Positions 1 through 10,105 of a stretch of DNA of 55,209 nt are shown here, piece after piece. The first letter of the stretch is position 1, and each line of letters starts with the position of its first letter. The notes beneath the pieces were generated by a model. The model saw only the letters and a list, made by a program, of their open reading frames with translations. It had not been told where the DNA came from and ran no database searches. The stretch is from a virus (taxonomy: Duplodnaviria > Caudoviricetes), in the IMG/VR virus record IMGVR_UViG_3300049846_001695, positions 1-55,209 of that record; one strand, written 5' to 3'. Both the position numbers and the translations under genes were made by a program.

Positions 1-301
1 CTGGGAATACGAGCCTTGCGAGCTCTGCGTAAATATCTGTAACAACTACTGCTTTCTTGCCATCCGAAAGTTCTTTGGCGAAAGACTTATTTAGGTCTGG
101 ATTTTCGTTGCCAATTACATACACCATAAATAGATCTTCTTCCAACGACTTGAAGAATTCTTTCTGTAATTGCGGAAGATTTCTTTTGGCCATTTGCTGC
201 TGCAAAAGCCATGAACCTCTCGTTTCTCTTGGAAATTCTTCTGGTTGTTTTTTGATTAGTTCCTGCGACTCTCTTATTTGAGTTTTGATTTGGGTATTCA
301 T
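1..301 (-). CDS. hypothetical protein, partial (runs off the window start)
   Basis: Not in the ORF track. ATG at 301 overlaps the DnaE stop (ATGA). The frame is open to base 1: MNTQIKTQIRESQELIKKQPEEFPRETRGSW...ELARLVFP. Confidence 0.7.
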   Translation of the reverse strand, partial: MNTQIKTQIRESQELIKKQPEEFPRETRGSWLLQQQMAKRNLPQLQKEFFKSLEEDLFMVYVIGNENPDLNKSFAKELSDGKKAVVVTDIYAELARLVFP

Positions 302-3300
302 TCTTTCTCCGATTCGTTCTTCCTTGAAGAGTGGACTGGAATTATAGCGTCTATATTAAAATCTGTCAATTCCTTACGTTTTGACAAAATTGCAATAGCT
401 ATCGTACCAACCGTATTCTCCCTAAGTGCCTTTAACTTGTATGGTGATTCATACTCTGGCCATTTTACAAATTCTTTAGTTACTCCGTCTATATCAAGCA
501 GGTATTTCTTGGCACTGAGCATTAGTCCCGTTTCTTTCTTCTGTCTGTCTCTTTGTTTGTATGAGAACTTGTTTTCATCCATGACAAATGTAGCAACAGC
601 TACTCTCAATACCTTGCCGTTATCAATACTTGCCTGCGTATTTAGCTCCTGAAACGTCTTGCCGTCTAGGAATGGCATTGGCTTTATTTTCTCTATCCCC
701 TGCGCCATTATCTTAGAAAGCACTTTCGGATCTTCTGGATAATAGATGTAGTAGTCTTTTACGCCAACCGTCTTCTTTTGAACCCCGTGGACCCTTGCCA
801 AGTACAGATCTGGAGCCAAGAACTTGGAATATACGGCTAGGAAGTCCTTTCTGATCTGGTAAATATCCAGTGGATTGGTTATCGCATATCTTGGATTTAT
901 CTTTTCTGGACGTTTCTTACCTAGAGCTTCAGCCATTTTTAGGTTAAAAAACTCTAACTTTTCTATTGTGTTCAAGCCGTGGGGGAATAGAGAGTCCATT
1001 ACTCCAGAAACAATCAGCTTACCGATAACCCCACTGTTGTTGAGGTTAGATCTCTTGGTTTTGATCTCTCCAGACTCATTAACGTATGTGGATTTCTTGG
1101 TTTTTGCTATTTTCTCGGTAAAGTCTTCGATGTTCTTATACGGAGAGTTCTCCACTAATTCTGTGTGAGCCTTTTCTCCCAACCCCTTTATGATTGAAAG
1201 TGGGGCGATGATTTTATCGTCCTTGATATAAAAGCTTCCTGTAGAGAACTGGATGTCTGGCAGAATAATATACTGTTTGCAGTACGGCCAGAATTGTTCG
1301 ATCTTTTCCTTGTTGGCATCTCTGAGTACGCCGCACCACCACTGTAATGGATAGAAATGTTTTAAGAAGGCTGTAGCATACGATAGATAGAAGTAGCTAA
1401 TCGCGTGAGACTTGTTAAACCCGTATTGACCGAATGTAACAATCTGATCCCAAACCTCTTCAGCGACTTCCTTGCCGATTAGTTTTGTGGCGTTTTCAAT
1501 GAATTGTGGCTTTCTGGCCTCTACCTTGTCTAGCTTTTTCTTACCAATGTCAGATCTAAAGGCTTCGGCTTCTATACCCGTACACCCACTTAGTTTTTTA
1601 TAAATCTTTGTTAAGTGCTCTTGATACACGATAACGCCGAAGGTTTGGGCAAGCTCGCTGCTTAGATATTGAATCTCCCCAATTGGCTTTCCGCCTCTAG
1701 CTCTTGCGGCGTATTCTTGAAGCATGTTTCTAGATGCGTTTTCATCAGAAACTACGGCATCAAGTGGCCCCGGTCTGTTAAGGGCAATAAACAGCGCGCC
1801 GTCTTCCTTATTGCTAATTAGATCGGTCCCGTCAGCTTTCTTGCCCTGAAAACTCTTGAGTCCCTTTCTGGCACTTGAAGTACCTAGCTGAAAAACGGTT
1901 TCAACGTCCATGTTTATGATTTGCTCATAAACCTCTGGCAAGTCAGGCAAGTCCCAAATATCATAGAACTTACCATCGTGCTTGAGAACACGGTGAGCCG
2001 GAACCTTTTTGCCGTTAAGAGTATATTCCTTTATGCTTGGATCTATCTTATTTTGTTCTCTTAGGATCTCTAAAGTTTGCTCAATATCCTTTAGGGCATT
2101 TACAGTAAGGTAGTCCATTTTAACCGCGCCAGCATCTTCGCAAGACCCAGCAGTATACTGTGTAGCTCTTTCTCCAGAAATTGTTATAAGCGGAATGAAT
2201 GAGTCAATGGGCTTGTCGGCAACAACAATGGCCGAAGCGTGTCTGCCCAGAGATCTTGTAACCTTTAGGATTTTAAGAACAATGCTCCATTGTTGTGGAC
2301 ATTCCTTTGCGAATCTCTGTAGACCTTCGTTCTGATAGAAATACCCCTTCACTTCTTCACCAGAATCGTCTGTATATCCAAAAAGGAATCTTAGGTCTTC
2401 AACCCCCTGTGGGGTAGATGGGATAGTTTCACACAATGCTTCTATTTCTGGAGTGATATGCCCCCAAGTAAATCTTGAAACGTCCTTTAGTGCGGACTTT
2501 AATCTCAAGAGATTTCTTGTGGAAATCTGAGCTACGTTGTTGCCGAATTTTTCTTTAATGAAACCAATGGCAACATCTCTATCCGAGAAGTCCATATCAA
2601 TATCTGGTAGTCTTCCAGATGCAATACGGTCGTGCGTCAAGAATCTGTCAAGAGATAGATCGTGCTTAATTGGGTCAATGTGAGTAACGTTAAGGTAATA
2701 GTTTATCAATAGACCCGAGGCAGAACCTCTGCCCGGTCCATTTAATCTACCGGCCTTAGAATAAGCCTCACAACTGTCTTCCGCGAGGAAGAAGTAAGGG
2801 AGTAGATCTATTACGCCATTTTTGTGGATTAGCTCAAGCTCTTTTTCGATTCTCTCTTTATATACCGGAGAGTCGTTGTACCTACCGTGTTTATTTACCA
2901 AACTCCAGAAATGCTCTAGAGTTTTTTCTGGATAAAATGACTTAGGTAGAGATACCTTTTGGTCAAGCTTGAAGTTCTTGAAAGAATCTCTCCATTCAAT
3001 ACTGTTATTTACATATTCGTCGAATTCTTTCTCCGAGATACCAAGCTCTTTGTTTAGGAGGGCGAATGCTTCTCCAGAGTCCTGTCTGTGGTAAGATCCA
3101 TAGAATCTAAATGAGTCACCCATTCCACCAAGCTTTGCGTCCTGAACGATCTTTAGGTCTGAGCTTGCGTAGTGAGCATCGTCGGAAATAAGTATCTTAT
3201 CCCCGTATTTCTTAGCTAGTTCTATAACAAAGCGATTGGCCCCCATTTGGACATCTCCATCTGGAGCCCACGGGCGGCATTCGTTTGGAAGGAAGTCCTG

Positions 3301-4098
3301 AACTAGATTTACAGAGAAAATCTCACTGGGTTCTAGCTGCTCCCATGTGCTACCGTTTTTAACGGCGATGATTTTGTCTACGATTTTGTTCTTAAGAAAC
3401 TCTTTGGCAAGGTCTACAACCTTGATTTCATCAAATCTTTCTGTTTTGACCTTCTTGCCAAGGTAATACTTAAGTTGCTTGCCGTTCTTTAGTGTGATGA
3501 ATACGCCAGATACCCAGTTTTTGTCGCACTTATGAGGAAAAAGCTCGACAATGAATTTGTCCTTACCGGCGATACCTCTAATCTTTTCGTAGTATTTAAC
3601 CGCTAGGTCTGGTCTGTCGGCCATAAGATGGCGCGACACGATTCCAACCAAGCATCCAGAGGAAAAAGTGCAGTTGTGGTGACTTAACTCTTCTAAGTCG
3701 TTCCATGAGAAAATAGGCTTGCGCTCTGAACCATGCTGCTCGGCGGTCAAATCTCTGTCTGAGACTTTCTTAATTAACGCTTCGTATGCAGCCTGATCTC
3801 TGGCGTGGATAAGGAGGTGTCCGTACTTATAATACTCAGATACCTTTTCAATGCCACTGGACTTGATTATTTGGCAATCATCGTCACGGTGGTATGCCTC
3901 AATACCCAAAATCGGTACGAGGTTATTCTTTTTGGCGAGAGAGTAGACCTCTCTACAAGCCCCTAAGAATCCATGATCTGTGCAGACCATTGAGCCAGTT
4001 CCTAGCTCTAATTCCCTCTTTAAGAAATCTTCTGGAGTAGATGCGCTGTCCAATGATTGAACATGGACGTGCGGAGAAACAAAGTTGGTCTTTTTCAT
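298..4098 (-). CDS. dnaE: DNA polymerase III alpha subunit (family C, DnaE-type), phage-encoded
   Basis: PHP motifs HVH..SLDS, TDHG, GIEAY, DDAHY; GPGRGSASG; catalytic PDIDMDF; GRHASA; KMDYL; QYGFNKSHA. Confidence 0.95.
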   Translation of the reverse strand: MKKTNFVSPHVHVQSLDSASTPEDFLKRELELGTGSMVCTDHGFLGACREVYSLAKKNNLVPILGIEAYHRDDDCQIIKSSGIEKVSEYYKYGHLLIHARDQAAYEALIKKVSDRDLTAEQHGSERKPIFSWNDLEELSHHNCTFSSGCLVGIVSRHLMADRPDLAVKYYEKIRGIAGKDKFIVELFPHKCDKNWVSGVFITLKNGKQLKYYLGKKVKTERFDEIKVVDLAKEFLKNKIVDKIIAVKNGSTWEQLEPSEIFSVNLVQDFLPNECRPWAPDGDVQMGANRFVIELAKKYGDKILISDDAHYASSDLKIVQDAKLGGMGDSFRFYGSYHRQDSGEAFALLNKELGISEKEFDEYVNNSIEWRDSFKNFKLDQKVSLPKSFYPEKTLEHFWSLVNKHGRYNDSPVYKERIEKELELIHKNGVIDLLPYFFLAEDSCEAYSKAGRLNGPGRGSASGLLINYYLNVTHIDPIKHDLSLDRFLTHDRIASGRLPDIDMDFSDRDVAIGFIKEKFGNNVAQISTRNLLRLKSALKDVSRFTWGHITPEIEALCETIPSTPQGVEDLRFLFGYTDDSGEEVKGYFYQNEGLQRFAKECPQQWSIVLKILKVTRSLGRHASAIVVADKPIDSFIPLITISGERATQYTAGSCEDAGAVKMDYLTVNALKDIEQTLEILREQNKIDPSIKEYTLNGKKVPAHRVLKHDGKFYDIWDLPDLPEVYEQIINMDVETVFQLGTSSARKGLKSFQGKKADGTDLISNKEDGALFIALNRPGPLDAVVSDENASRNMLQEYAARARGGKPIGEIQYLSSELAQTFGVIVYQEHLTKIYKKLSGCTGIEAEAFRSDIGKKKLDKVEARKPQFIENATKLIGKEVAEEVWDQIVTFGQYGFNKSHAISYFYLSYATAFLKHFYPLQWWCGVLRDANKEKIEQFWPYCKQYIILPDIQFSTGSFYIKDDKIIAPLSIIKGLGEKAHTELVENSPYKNIEDFTEKIAKTKKSTYVNESGEIKTKRSNLNNSGVIGKLIVSGVMDSLFPHGLNTIEKLEFFNLKMAEALGKKRPEKINPRYAITNPLDIYQIRKDFLAVYSKFLAPDLYLARVHGVQKKTVGVKDYYIYYPEDPKVLSKIMAQGIEKIKPMPFLDGKTFQELNTQASIDNGKVLRVAVATFVMDENKFSYKQRDRQKKETGLMLSAKKYLLDIDGVTKEFVKWPEYESPYKLKALRENTVGTIAIAILSKRKELTDFNIDAIIPVHSSRKNESEKE

Positions 4099-4121
4099 AG
4101 TTGTTGTGCGAGTAAATGTTA

Positions 4122-4409
4122 TTATACGGTGGCCAGACAGCGCGAACAGATTTTTTCAGAGTCACCTTGCTGTAAAGCAAAGTGCGGAGAATCCACGTTA
4201 ATTACATACGCTGGAATGCATTTTGGTGGGGGATTTTCTTGATTTACATCAAGTCCGCAAACAGTCTTGCAAGAAAGCTTGCTTCCTTGTTGCGAACACC
4301 CATCAAACACATGGATTTTTACTCTGTATCCAGAAGAGTTGAATTCCTCTTCTGAGATTATATTGCCGTTTTTAACGACAATATCTGCTGGTTTTGTATA
4401 TGGTAACAT
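4122..4409 (-). CDS. hypothetical protein, Cys-containing
   Basis: 95-aa ORF packed in the operon; CxxxC and CxxC. Confidence 0.6.
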   Translation of the reverse strand: MLPYTKPADIVVKNGNIISEEEFNSSGYRVKIHVFDGCSQQGSKLSCKTVCGLDVNQENPPPKCIPAYVINVDSPHFALQQGDSEKICSRCLATV

Positions 4410-4622
4410 TTATTCGTCATTCGATAGTTGCTTTTTAAGCTTAAGTAGTATTTGTTGATAACGCTGTGTTATTTCAGCTTCGCCAATGGATAATGCCTGT
4501 GAGATGAGTCTATCAGAGACTCCGTTCGGGTGTCTCTCTAAAAGTTTCTTGAGGCTAAAATCGAACCTTTTAAGATTTATGAAGTCACTGTCGTTTTCTA
4601 TCTTTTCCTTTAAAAAGTTCAT
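4410..4622 (-). CDS. small HTH protein resembling sigma-70 region 4.2
   Basis: VSDRLISQALSIGEAEITQRYQQILLKLKKQL matches the S..EIA..L.IS...V.Q....AL.KLR pattern. Confidence 0.55.
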   Translation of the reverse strand: MNFLKEKIENDSDFINLKRFDFSLKKLLERHPNGVSDRLISQALSIGEAEITQRYQQILLKLKKQLSNDE

Positions 4623-4980
4623 ATACCGTAGCCGTTGTTTTCTTTTTTGGTGAAGGCTCTATCTTTATCTCCACCATCAAATTTATCTTGTTTGACAGTT
4701 CCTTGATTTGCTTGACCAATTCAAGCTCCTCTTTTTTATAGTCAATCAAGAGTTTTAAAATCTTGTCTATATTAAACAACAGATTTTGGTAAATGTCAAT
4801 TTTTATGATCTTTTCTTTTTTAAGGTTTTTAAAGTTTTGAACTAGAGTTTGATAAACAAGGTTAAACTGCTCTTGCAATTTTCTGTTTTTGGCAAGAGAT
4901 ATTTCAGCCTTATTCTTAAGTCGTTCTAGTGAAACTTTATCTCGGCTTTGGTTTGCTAAAGAAAACGTTGTGGGGCTCAT
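4585..4980 (-). CDS. hypothetical coiled-coil protein
   Basis: 131-aa K/L/E-rich ORF overlapping both neighbours. Confidence 0.6.
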   Translation of the reverse strand: MSPTTFSLANQSRDKVSLERLKNKAEISLAKNRKLQEQFNLVYQTLVQNFKNLKKEKIIKIDIYQNLLFNIDKILKLLIDYKKEELELVKQIKELSNKINLMVEIKIEPSPKKKTTATVYELFKGKDRKRQ

Positions 4981-6233
4981 AAACTTTTAAAGGGTTCAAT
5001 TATCTTATCTAAAGATTGGTTTTTCCGATCTTCTTCTGTAACCCACAAAGTTCTTAAGTCTCCGCATGGATATCCCTCTACGCTTTCAAAAAGCTGCTGC
5101 CCCGTTGGAGCGTCGGGGTCGATATTCAAGGACAGAGCATATCCATCTGTCGGAATTAGCGGAGGGTTTGTAATCAAAGTTGTACCATTTTTCATGGCAA
5201 TCTTCATTGCTGTATGAATGTGACCAACCATGAATACAGAGTATTTTTCTACGTTTTTTCTTGCATTTATCTTGTTTATCTCATTCTCTAGGTTTGAGAC
5301 ATTTATGACGCCCATTGGGTTCGGAACCTTTATCTGGTTATCGCCATGTGTACACCAATACCCCTCGTTAAACGATGTATATGAGTAAAACGGGGCCTTG
5401 GTTATGTTAAACTTGATGTTAGGGATATGTCTAAGCTGCTGTTTAACAGCATAGTAGATTACAGTTGAATAAGAGTTGTACTTATCTGACGTAGCCCTAT
5501 CTGGATGCGTATACGGGATTCTATCATGGTTTCCCGTAGCGCAATTTACCTCTATTTCTGGAAATTCAGAAGCTAGGATATGTAGCGAGCGCCCAAGGAC
5601 GTATATGGCTCTACACATTTGTACCGCCGCCTTGGCACTTGACTCTACGTCATGTATTTTCCCTTGAATAATATCTCCAAGAATGTTGACGTAGAGCTTG
5701 GTATTTTTTCTGTAATTTGTCTTGAAGTCTAGCGTGCCAGTTACAATTCTGGCCATCGATCTGCTTTCTTCTTCTGCGCCATACTTTCTAATGCCCGTAT
5801 CTGGATCTAGGTCAGATCCAAAGTGAGTATCGGAAATCATAAGGTGCTGGTGACGCTCCAAGAACTTCTCTCTCTTAGGAAGCTTTGGTAGTGAATAGGT
5901 GCCGCCGCCAAAAACAGAATCAACAGTTGAGGTTAATTTGTCAGAAATTATTTCTGCAATTTTTTGGTCTGTAGTTTGTTTTTTGATCTTTTTGGCGGCG
6001 GCTTTAACCTTTAGCGCCTCTGCATAAACGGCGGGGCCAAACAAAACAGTCTTTACGTTCGCAAATCCGCCAAGCTGCTTAATCATTTGACGGTAATCAA
6101 AAGAGATATTGCTGTCCTTTGCGAACTTTTGAAAGTCATTCCACTGAAGCTCCTTTGGGTCATTGCCAAAAACCTCTGAAGCATCTGTGAATAGTTTTGA
6201 AAATAGCTGTAAATCTGCCGTTTTAGAAGTCAT
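4977..6233 (-). CDS. calcineurin-like metallophosphoesterase (putative nuclease/exonuclease)
   Basis: SDTHFG, LGDII, GNHD, THGD and GHIH motifs in canonical order. Confidence 0.85.
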   Translation of the reverse strand: MTSKTADLQLFSKLFTDASEVFGNDPKELQWNDFQKFAKDSNISFDYRQMIKQLGGFANVKTVLFGPAVYAEALKVKAAAKKIKKQTTDQKIAEIISDKLTSTVDSVFGGGTYSLPKLPKREKFLERHQHLMISDTHFGSDLDPDTGIRKYGAEEESRSMARIVTGTLDFKTNYRKNTKLYVNILGDIIQGKIHDVESSAKAAVQMCRAIYVLGRSLHILASEFPEIEVNCATGNHDRIPYTHPDRATSDKYNSYSTVIYYAVKQQLRHIPNIKFNITKAPFYSYTSFNEGYWCTHGDNQIKVPNPMGVINVSNLENEINKINARKNVEKYSVFMVGHIHTAMKIAMKNGTTLITNPPLIPTDGYALSLNIDPDAPTGQQLFESVEGYPCGDLRTLWVTEEDRKNQSLDKIIEPFKSL

Positions 6234-6236
6234 TTT

Positions 6237-6797
6237 TTAACCCTCTTGTGGCTGTGCCTCTGGAGAGGAAACCTTCTTATAGATTTCCGTAATTACAACG
6301 GTGCCTCCGTCTGGCAAATCTACAGTTGAGCCAACCTTTTTGGCTACAAACTGATCTACCAATACTGGCGGTAGACTCATAACCTCTAGGGTTACTCTAC
6401 CGGCACCAAGGACTTTGCCTTCCTTCTCTGGTCTTGCGACCACGACACAATCTGTATCAACTTCTTCGGCTGGAGTCAAAAGGCCGCTCTTAACGAGCCC
6501 CTCAACCTGATAAGCCTCTTGCTTTGCTATTTCCTCTAGCTTTGCTTGCTTGAGTGCTTCAAGTCTACTGTGTAGGGACTCTTTTAGTTTGTATGAGTCC
6601 GTATCCAGCTTAACGGAAAGTTCTTCCACGAGATTATCTATTACTTCTTTCTGGATAGACAGGGCACTTCTCAGATTCTCAACTAATGTCTCAAGAACCT
6701 GTTCAAGAACCTGTACTCTGTCCGTACTACGCCTAACATCTGACTCTACTTGTCCTACTCTTTCATTGAAAGTCGTTGGTTTTTTGTCTGTACTCAT
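6237..6797 (-). CDS. hypothetical protein
   Basis: 186-aa ORF with N-terminal coiled coil and beta-rich C-terminus. Confidence 0.7.
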   Translation of the reverse strand: MSTDKKPTTFNERVGQVESDVRRSTDRVQVLEQVLETLVENLRSALSIQKEVIDNLVEELSVKLDTDSYKLKESLHSRLEALKQAKLEEIAKQEAYQVEGLVKSGLLTPAEEVDTDCVVVARPEKEGKVLGAGRVTLEVMSLPPVLVDQFVAKKVGSTVDLPDGGTVVITEIYKKVSSPEAQPQEG

Positions 6798-6799
6798 TT

Positions 6800-7645
6800 T
6801 TATTTAACCGTTGTTAACATTTGCGTTATTGCTGAATCTTGGGATGCTGATTGTACCTGTGCCATAGCTCTGCTTGCTGCTGCGTCTGCTATCTCCTGTA
6901 GAGATCTTTTCTTGACTCCATCCTGCTGCTGGTCTGCTGCCGTTTTTACGACTTGACCATTTGGGAGGGTTACTTCTATTTCTTTTCTTTTTCTAGGTGG
7001 CTTTACCTTTTCTGGTACTGTACTTCCAGAAACCTCTACGGTCGTAGCCACCCTTGGTGTTTTGTCTTGTGCTAACTTTGTTCTATTAACCTTTGGTGGT
7101 TCCGGTGGAGCTGGTTTTTCTACCTTTGGCTGCGCCATTGCTGGGTTTTTGTTCATAACTCTAGATGCTAGATGCTTAAGAGCCATTAACTCTTCCTTTG
7201 AGAAGGAATCGGTAGCAAGCTGCTCATGCTCAATTCCCATTAGAATTCGGAGTCTTTGCTTAATGAAAGACCTAACTTCGTTTTCTACCTCTTCGGCAAC
7301 CTTTGTTGCCGAATCAAAAAGAGAATTCTGTAGAAGCGCCTTGTAGCAATTGGCCTTCTCTAGCCTAAACTCTACTTCCGATAATTTTTCGTTATCTTTT
7401 TCTTCTTCCTCGATGGATTCTAACACCTCATCGGCGCTTTCTGCAAGCTCTTGATTCACGGATGGTGCAACCATAGGTACTATTGGTGCTCTCTCTAGCA
7501 TCCTACGGCGCTCCTGTTCGGCGCGCTGCTTCATTTCCTCTAGTGAAGGATATGAACCGCCGTGGGCAAGGGACGGCTCTTGAGAGTCATCCCTTGCAGA
7601 TGAAAATGCTGATTCAAACAAATCGTCTTCGGTTAGTTTAGGCAT
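6800..7645 (-). CDS. hypothetical protein
   Basis: Track ORF 6800..7687. The in-frame ATG at 7645 (MPKLTEDD) directly follows the RNR stop and is the more likely start. Confidence 0.7.
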   Translation of the reverse strand: MPKLTEDDLFESAFSSARDDSQEPSLAHGGSYPSLEEMKQRAEQERRRMLERAPIVPMVAPSVNQELAESADEVLESIEEEEKDNEKLSEVEFRLEKANCYKALLQNSLFDSATKVAEEVENEVRSFIKQRLRILMGIEHEQLATDSFSKEELMALKHLASRVMNKNPAMAQPKVEKPAPPEPPKVNRTKLAQDKTPRVATTVEVSGSTVPEKVKPPRKRKEIEVTLPNGQVVKTAADQQQDGVKKRSLQEIADAAASRAMAQVQSASQDSAITQMLTTVK

Positions 7646-7646
7646 A

Positions 7647-9506
7647 TTATAGGAATGATACGTCACATGAGCCGCCCGCACAGGCAACTGATTCGATTAA
7701 CTTCGTGTTATTATCAAATTCTTTAACCTGTGTCAAGTCAATGTCCTTGACCATTGCGTAGTATTTATCAAAAACTTCTTTGGTGCATGATTCGAAAGGC
7801 GCTTGCTCATAGATTCCATTATCGAATGGGAATAAGCTTATTCCCGTATAGTGCTCACGTTCCTTCCACATTGCCGTTAGTAATTCATCCCACTCGTTCT
7901 CTCGCACGTTAATTGTGCAAGAAACGTTATGAGTATTAGCTCCAGATCTGTGTCCCGGCCTTACCCAGTTCTTATTATACTTTATAACTCTATTGAATAA
8001 ATCAAGGGCCGTTGAGTCGTCATCTGTTGGAGCACCCTCTGGAGATTCCTGTGGGATCGTAACAACAGCCGTATTGGGCACGCCAACAGCATCCTCGATT
8101 AGATCCGGTATTGTGAATAATAGATATAGGTAAAGAGGATCGTCTTTGTTTATCTGGACCCTTCTTAGATAGTGTCTGCTCTTTCTATTATGAATACCAG
8201 AGCTTGAACCAAGTACGCACGAGCTTGTTCCTTCTGGCTTAACGCATGTTGCTCTGGCAGCTAAATTAATTCCGATTTTCTTAGCGTATTCCTCATTAAC
8301 CTCTAGAACTAGTTTAGCCCCCTGTCTTAACCAGTCGGCTGTAACTACGTTATTGGAGTCAGCGATTCCAGTGAACGAAACCCCTAGTAGGGCTTCCTTC
8401 TCCGTTTGCTTTTTCCAGTTTTCAGATAGATACGGGAAATCTGTATAGGATGCCTGTAGGGTTCCTAGTAGTGCAGCAGAGTACACTCTGGACATAAACT
8501 CTTCTTTTGTCTGAATTCCAGTCTGATTTACGATACTTAGATTACAGAATTGATCTGAAACCATGCCTATTTCTACACATGGATTGGTTCCCATATCTGG
8601 ATCATTCGTCCAGAAGAACCCCGGCTCACCAGAGCCAGAATTCTTGCAAGCCTCAAAAATCGTCTTGAATTCTTCGAAGGTGACTTCGTTTCTTGGTAAA
8701 ACAGCACTGTTGTTTGCTCTACCGCGCCAAGGGTATTTTTCATACCACTTTCCACTCTTTGCGGTAAGCATATCCTTGTCGGTTCTATCAAAGAGAGCGA
8801 TAAGAGAAGATCTTCTAATTCCTCCAGCCAATACGCAGTCAGATATTAGACAAATAATATCGTGAACTTCAATGCTTTTTAGTTGACGACCTATTGATTT
8901 TTGGAGAAAAGTCTCAACTTGAGCAAGCATGGACTTTAGTGGTTCTGGTCCCGGTGCTTTAGATCCGGTGGTTACAAGTTCAGCGCCCTTTGGTCTAATG
9001 TTTGAAAAATCAAATATCGGTCTTACAGCGCCGTGAAAATACGCATCCATTAAAACATGGATTGCTTGAGCCCACCCCTGAATAGAGTCTTGTATTACAA
9101 ATACCCCCTCTTCGGTTGGTTTTCTAACGGACGGCAAGTTGGATATATGTCTTTTTTGCAGAGAGTATCCAACTCCAGTACCAGATAATAGAAGGAAAAG
9201 TATTTCTGAAAACTTTCTTGGGGTGTCGATGTGCGTAAATGAACAGTTAAACCCGCGAGCGTTATTCTTGATAATTGGCGCTCCAGCGAATTGAAGTGTT
9301 CTCATCGATGGCATAACTTCAAAGTTATGCACCTTTTTAAACGCCTTGATAATCTGCTTAGAGAGCTTCGGGAATCTCTCTAAGTGCATCTGCATATCTC
9401 TGTTTATAGTTTCCTCAAAGATTTCTCTTCTTTGAAGGGGCTTTATATACTTTGAATATGTTCTAAAACTAACTAAATCACTAAGCAACTTATTTGAAGG
9501 TGTCAA
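7647..9506 (-). CDS. nrdJ: class II (adenosylcobalamin-dependent, monomeric RTPR-type) ribonucleotide reductase
   Basis: PSMRTLQFAG, FNCSF, GTGVGYS, GGIRRS, TNPCVE, CNL, VKPEGT and C-terminal CAGGSC. No adjacent beta-subunit gene. Confidence 0.9.
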   Translation of the reverse strand: MTPSNKLLSDLVSFRTYSKYIKPLQRREIFEETINRDMQMHLERFPKLSKQIIKAFKKVHNFEVMPSMRTLQFAGAPIIKNNARGFNCSFTHIDTPRKFSEILFLLLSGTGVGYSLQKRHISNLPSVRKPTEEGVFVIQDSIQGWAQAIHVLMDAYFHGAVRPIFDFSNIRPKGAELVTTGSKAPGPEPLKSMLAQVETFLQKSIGRQLKSIEVHDIICLISDCVLAGGIRRSSLIALFDRTDKDMLTAKSGKWYEKYPWRGRANNSAVLPRNEVTFEEFKTIFEACKNSGSGEPGFFWTNDPDMGTNPCVEIGMVSDQFCNLSIVNQTGIQTKEEFMSRVYSAALLGTLQASYTDFPYLSENWKKQTEKEALLGVSFTGIADSNNVVTADWLRQGAKLVLEVNEEYAKKIGINLAARATCVKPEGTSSCVLGSSSGIHNRKSRHYLRRVQINKDDPLYLYLLFTIPDLIEDAVGVPNTAVVTIPQESPEGAPTDDDSTALDLFNRVIKYNKNWVRPGHRSGANTHNVSCTINVRENEWDELLTAMWKEREHYTGISLFPFDNGIYEQAPFESCTKEVFDKYYAMVKDIDLTQVKEFDNNTKLIESVACAGGSCDVSFL

Positions 9507-9508
9507 AA

Positions 9509-10105
9509 TTAAACTCCAGAGACTAAGGATGCTCCCATTAGGTACGCCAAAGCTAGCGCGAGAGCATCTGCCTCGTTATTATCTTTCATTTTAAGGTTTA
9601 ACCCAAGGGTTTGATTGACAAATCTTACTGATAAGTGCTTTGTTGTAATCTTCCCCTTTAAACCAAGTTCTTTTTTAGATTGCTTCTTGCGTTTGGCTTC
9701 ATTGACCTTGGCGTTATTCTTTCTATCTTCTTTTGAAACCTTTATGTTTAGAGTCTTTCTCCAAGAAGATGTGTTCAAGTAAACGACCTTGCAATTCGGC
9801 AACAAACTATACAATCTTTGCAAAACCTGTAGATGAATAAATTCCAACAACTTCTGAGTATACCGCGCCTTCGCCTTGTTTGTTTCCTCTATAACCACAA
9901 TATCAGGATTTGCTTGGGAAACTAAGTCTACTATAACGTCGGCTACCGCACGACTTCTCTCTACATAGGAGAGGGGGTATGGCTTTGATTTTATCTCAGA
10001 AGTTGTTGGTCCGTCTAAAAAAATAGTTCCAGACTTGACATATTTCTGCCCATCAAAAATGGCAAAACCAGTTTGGGTACTTATGTCAAGACTGACGATT
10101 ATCAT
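9509..10105 (-). CDS. RuvC-like Holliday junction resolvase
   Basis: SLDISTQTGFA, VVIEE, SWRK and DNNEADA acidic motifs. Confidence 0.8.
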   Translation of the reverse strand: MIIVSLDISTQTGFAIFDGQKYVKSGTIFLDGPTTSEIKSKPYPLSYVERSRAVADVIVDLVSQANPDIVVIEETNKAKARYTQKLLEFIHLQVLQRLYSLLPNCKVVYLNTSSWRKTLNIKVSKEDRKNNAKVNEAKRKKQSKKELGLKGKITTKHLSVRFVNQTLGLNLKMKDNNEADALALALAYLMGASLVSGV

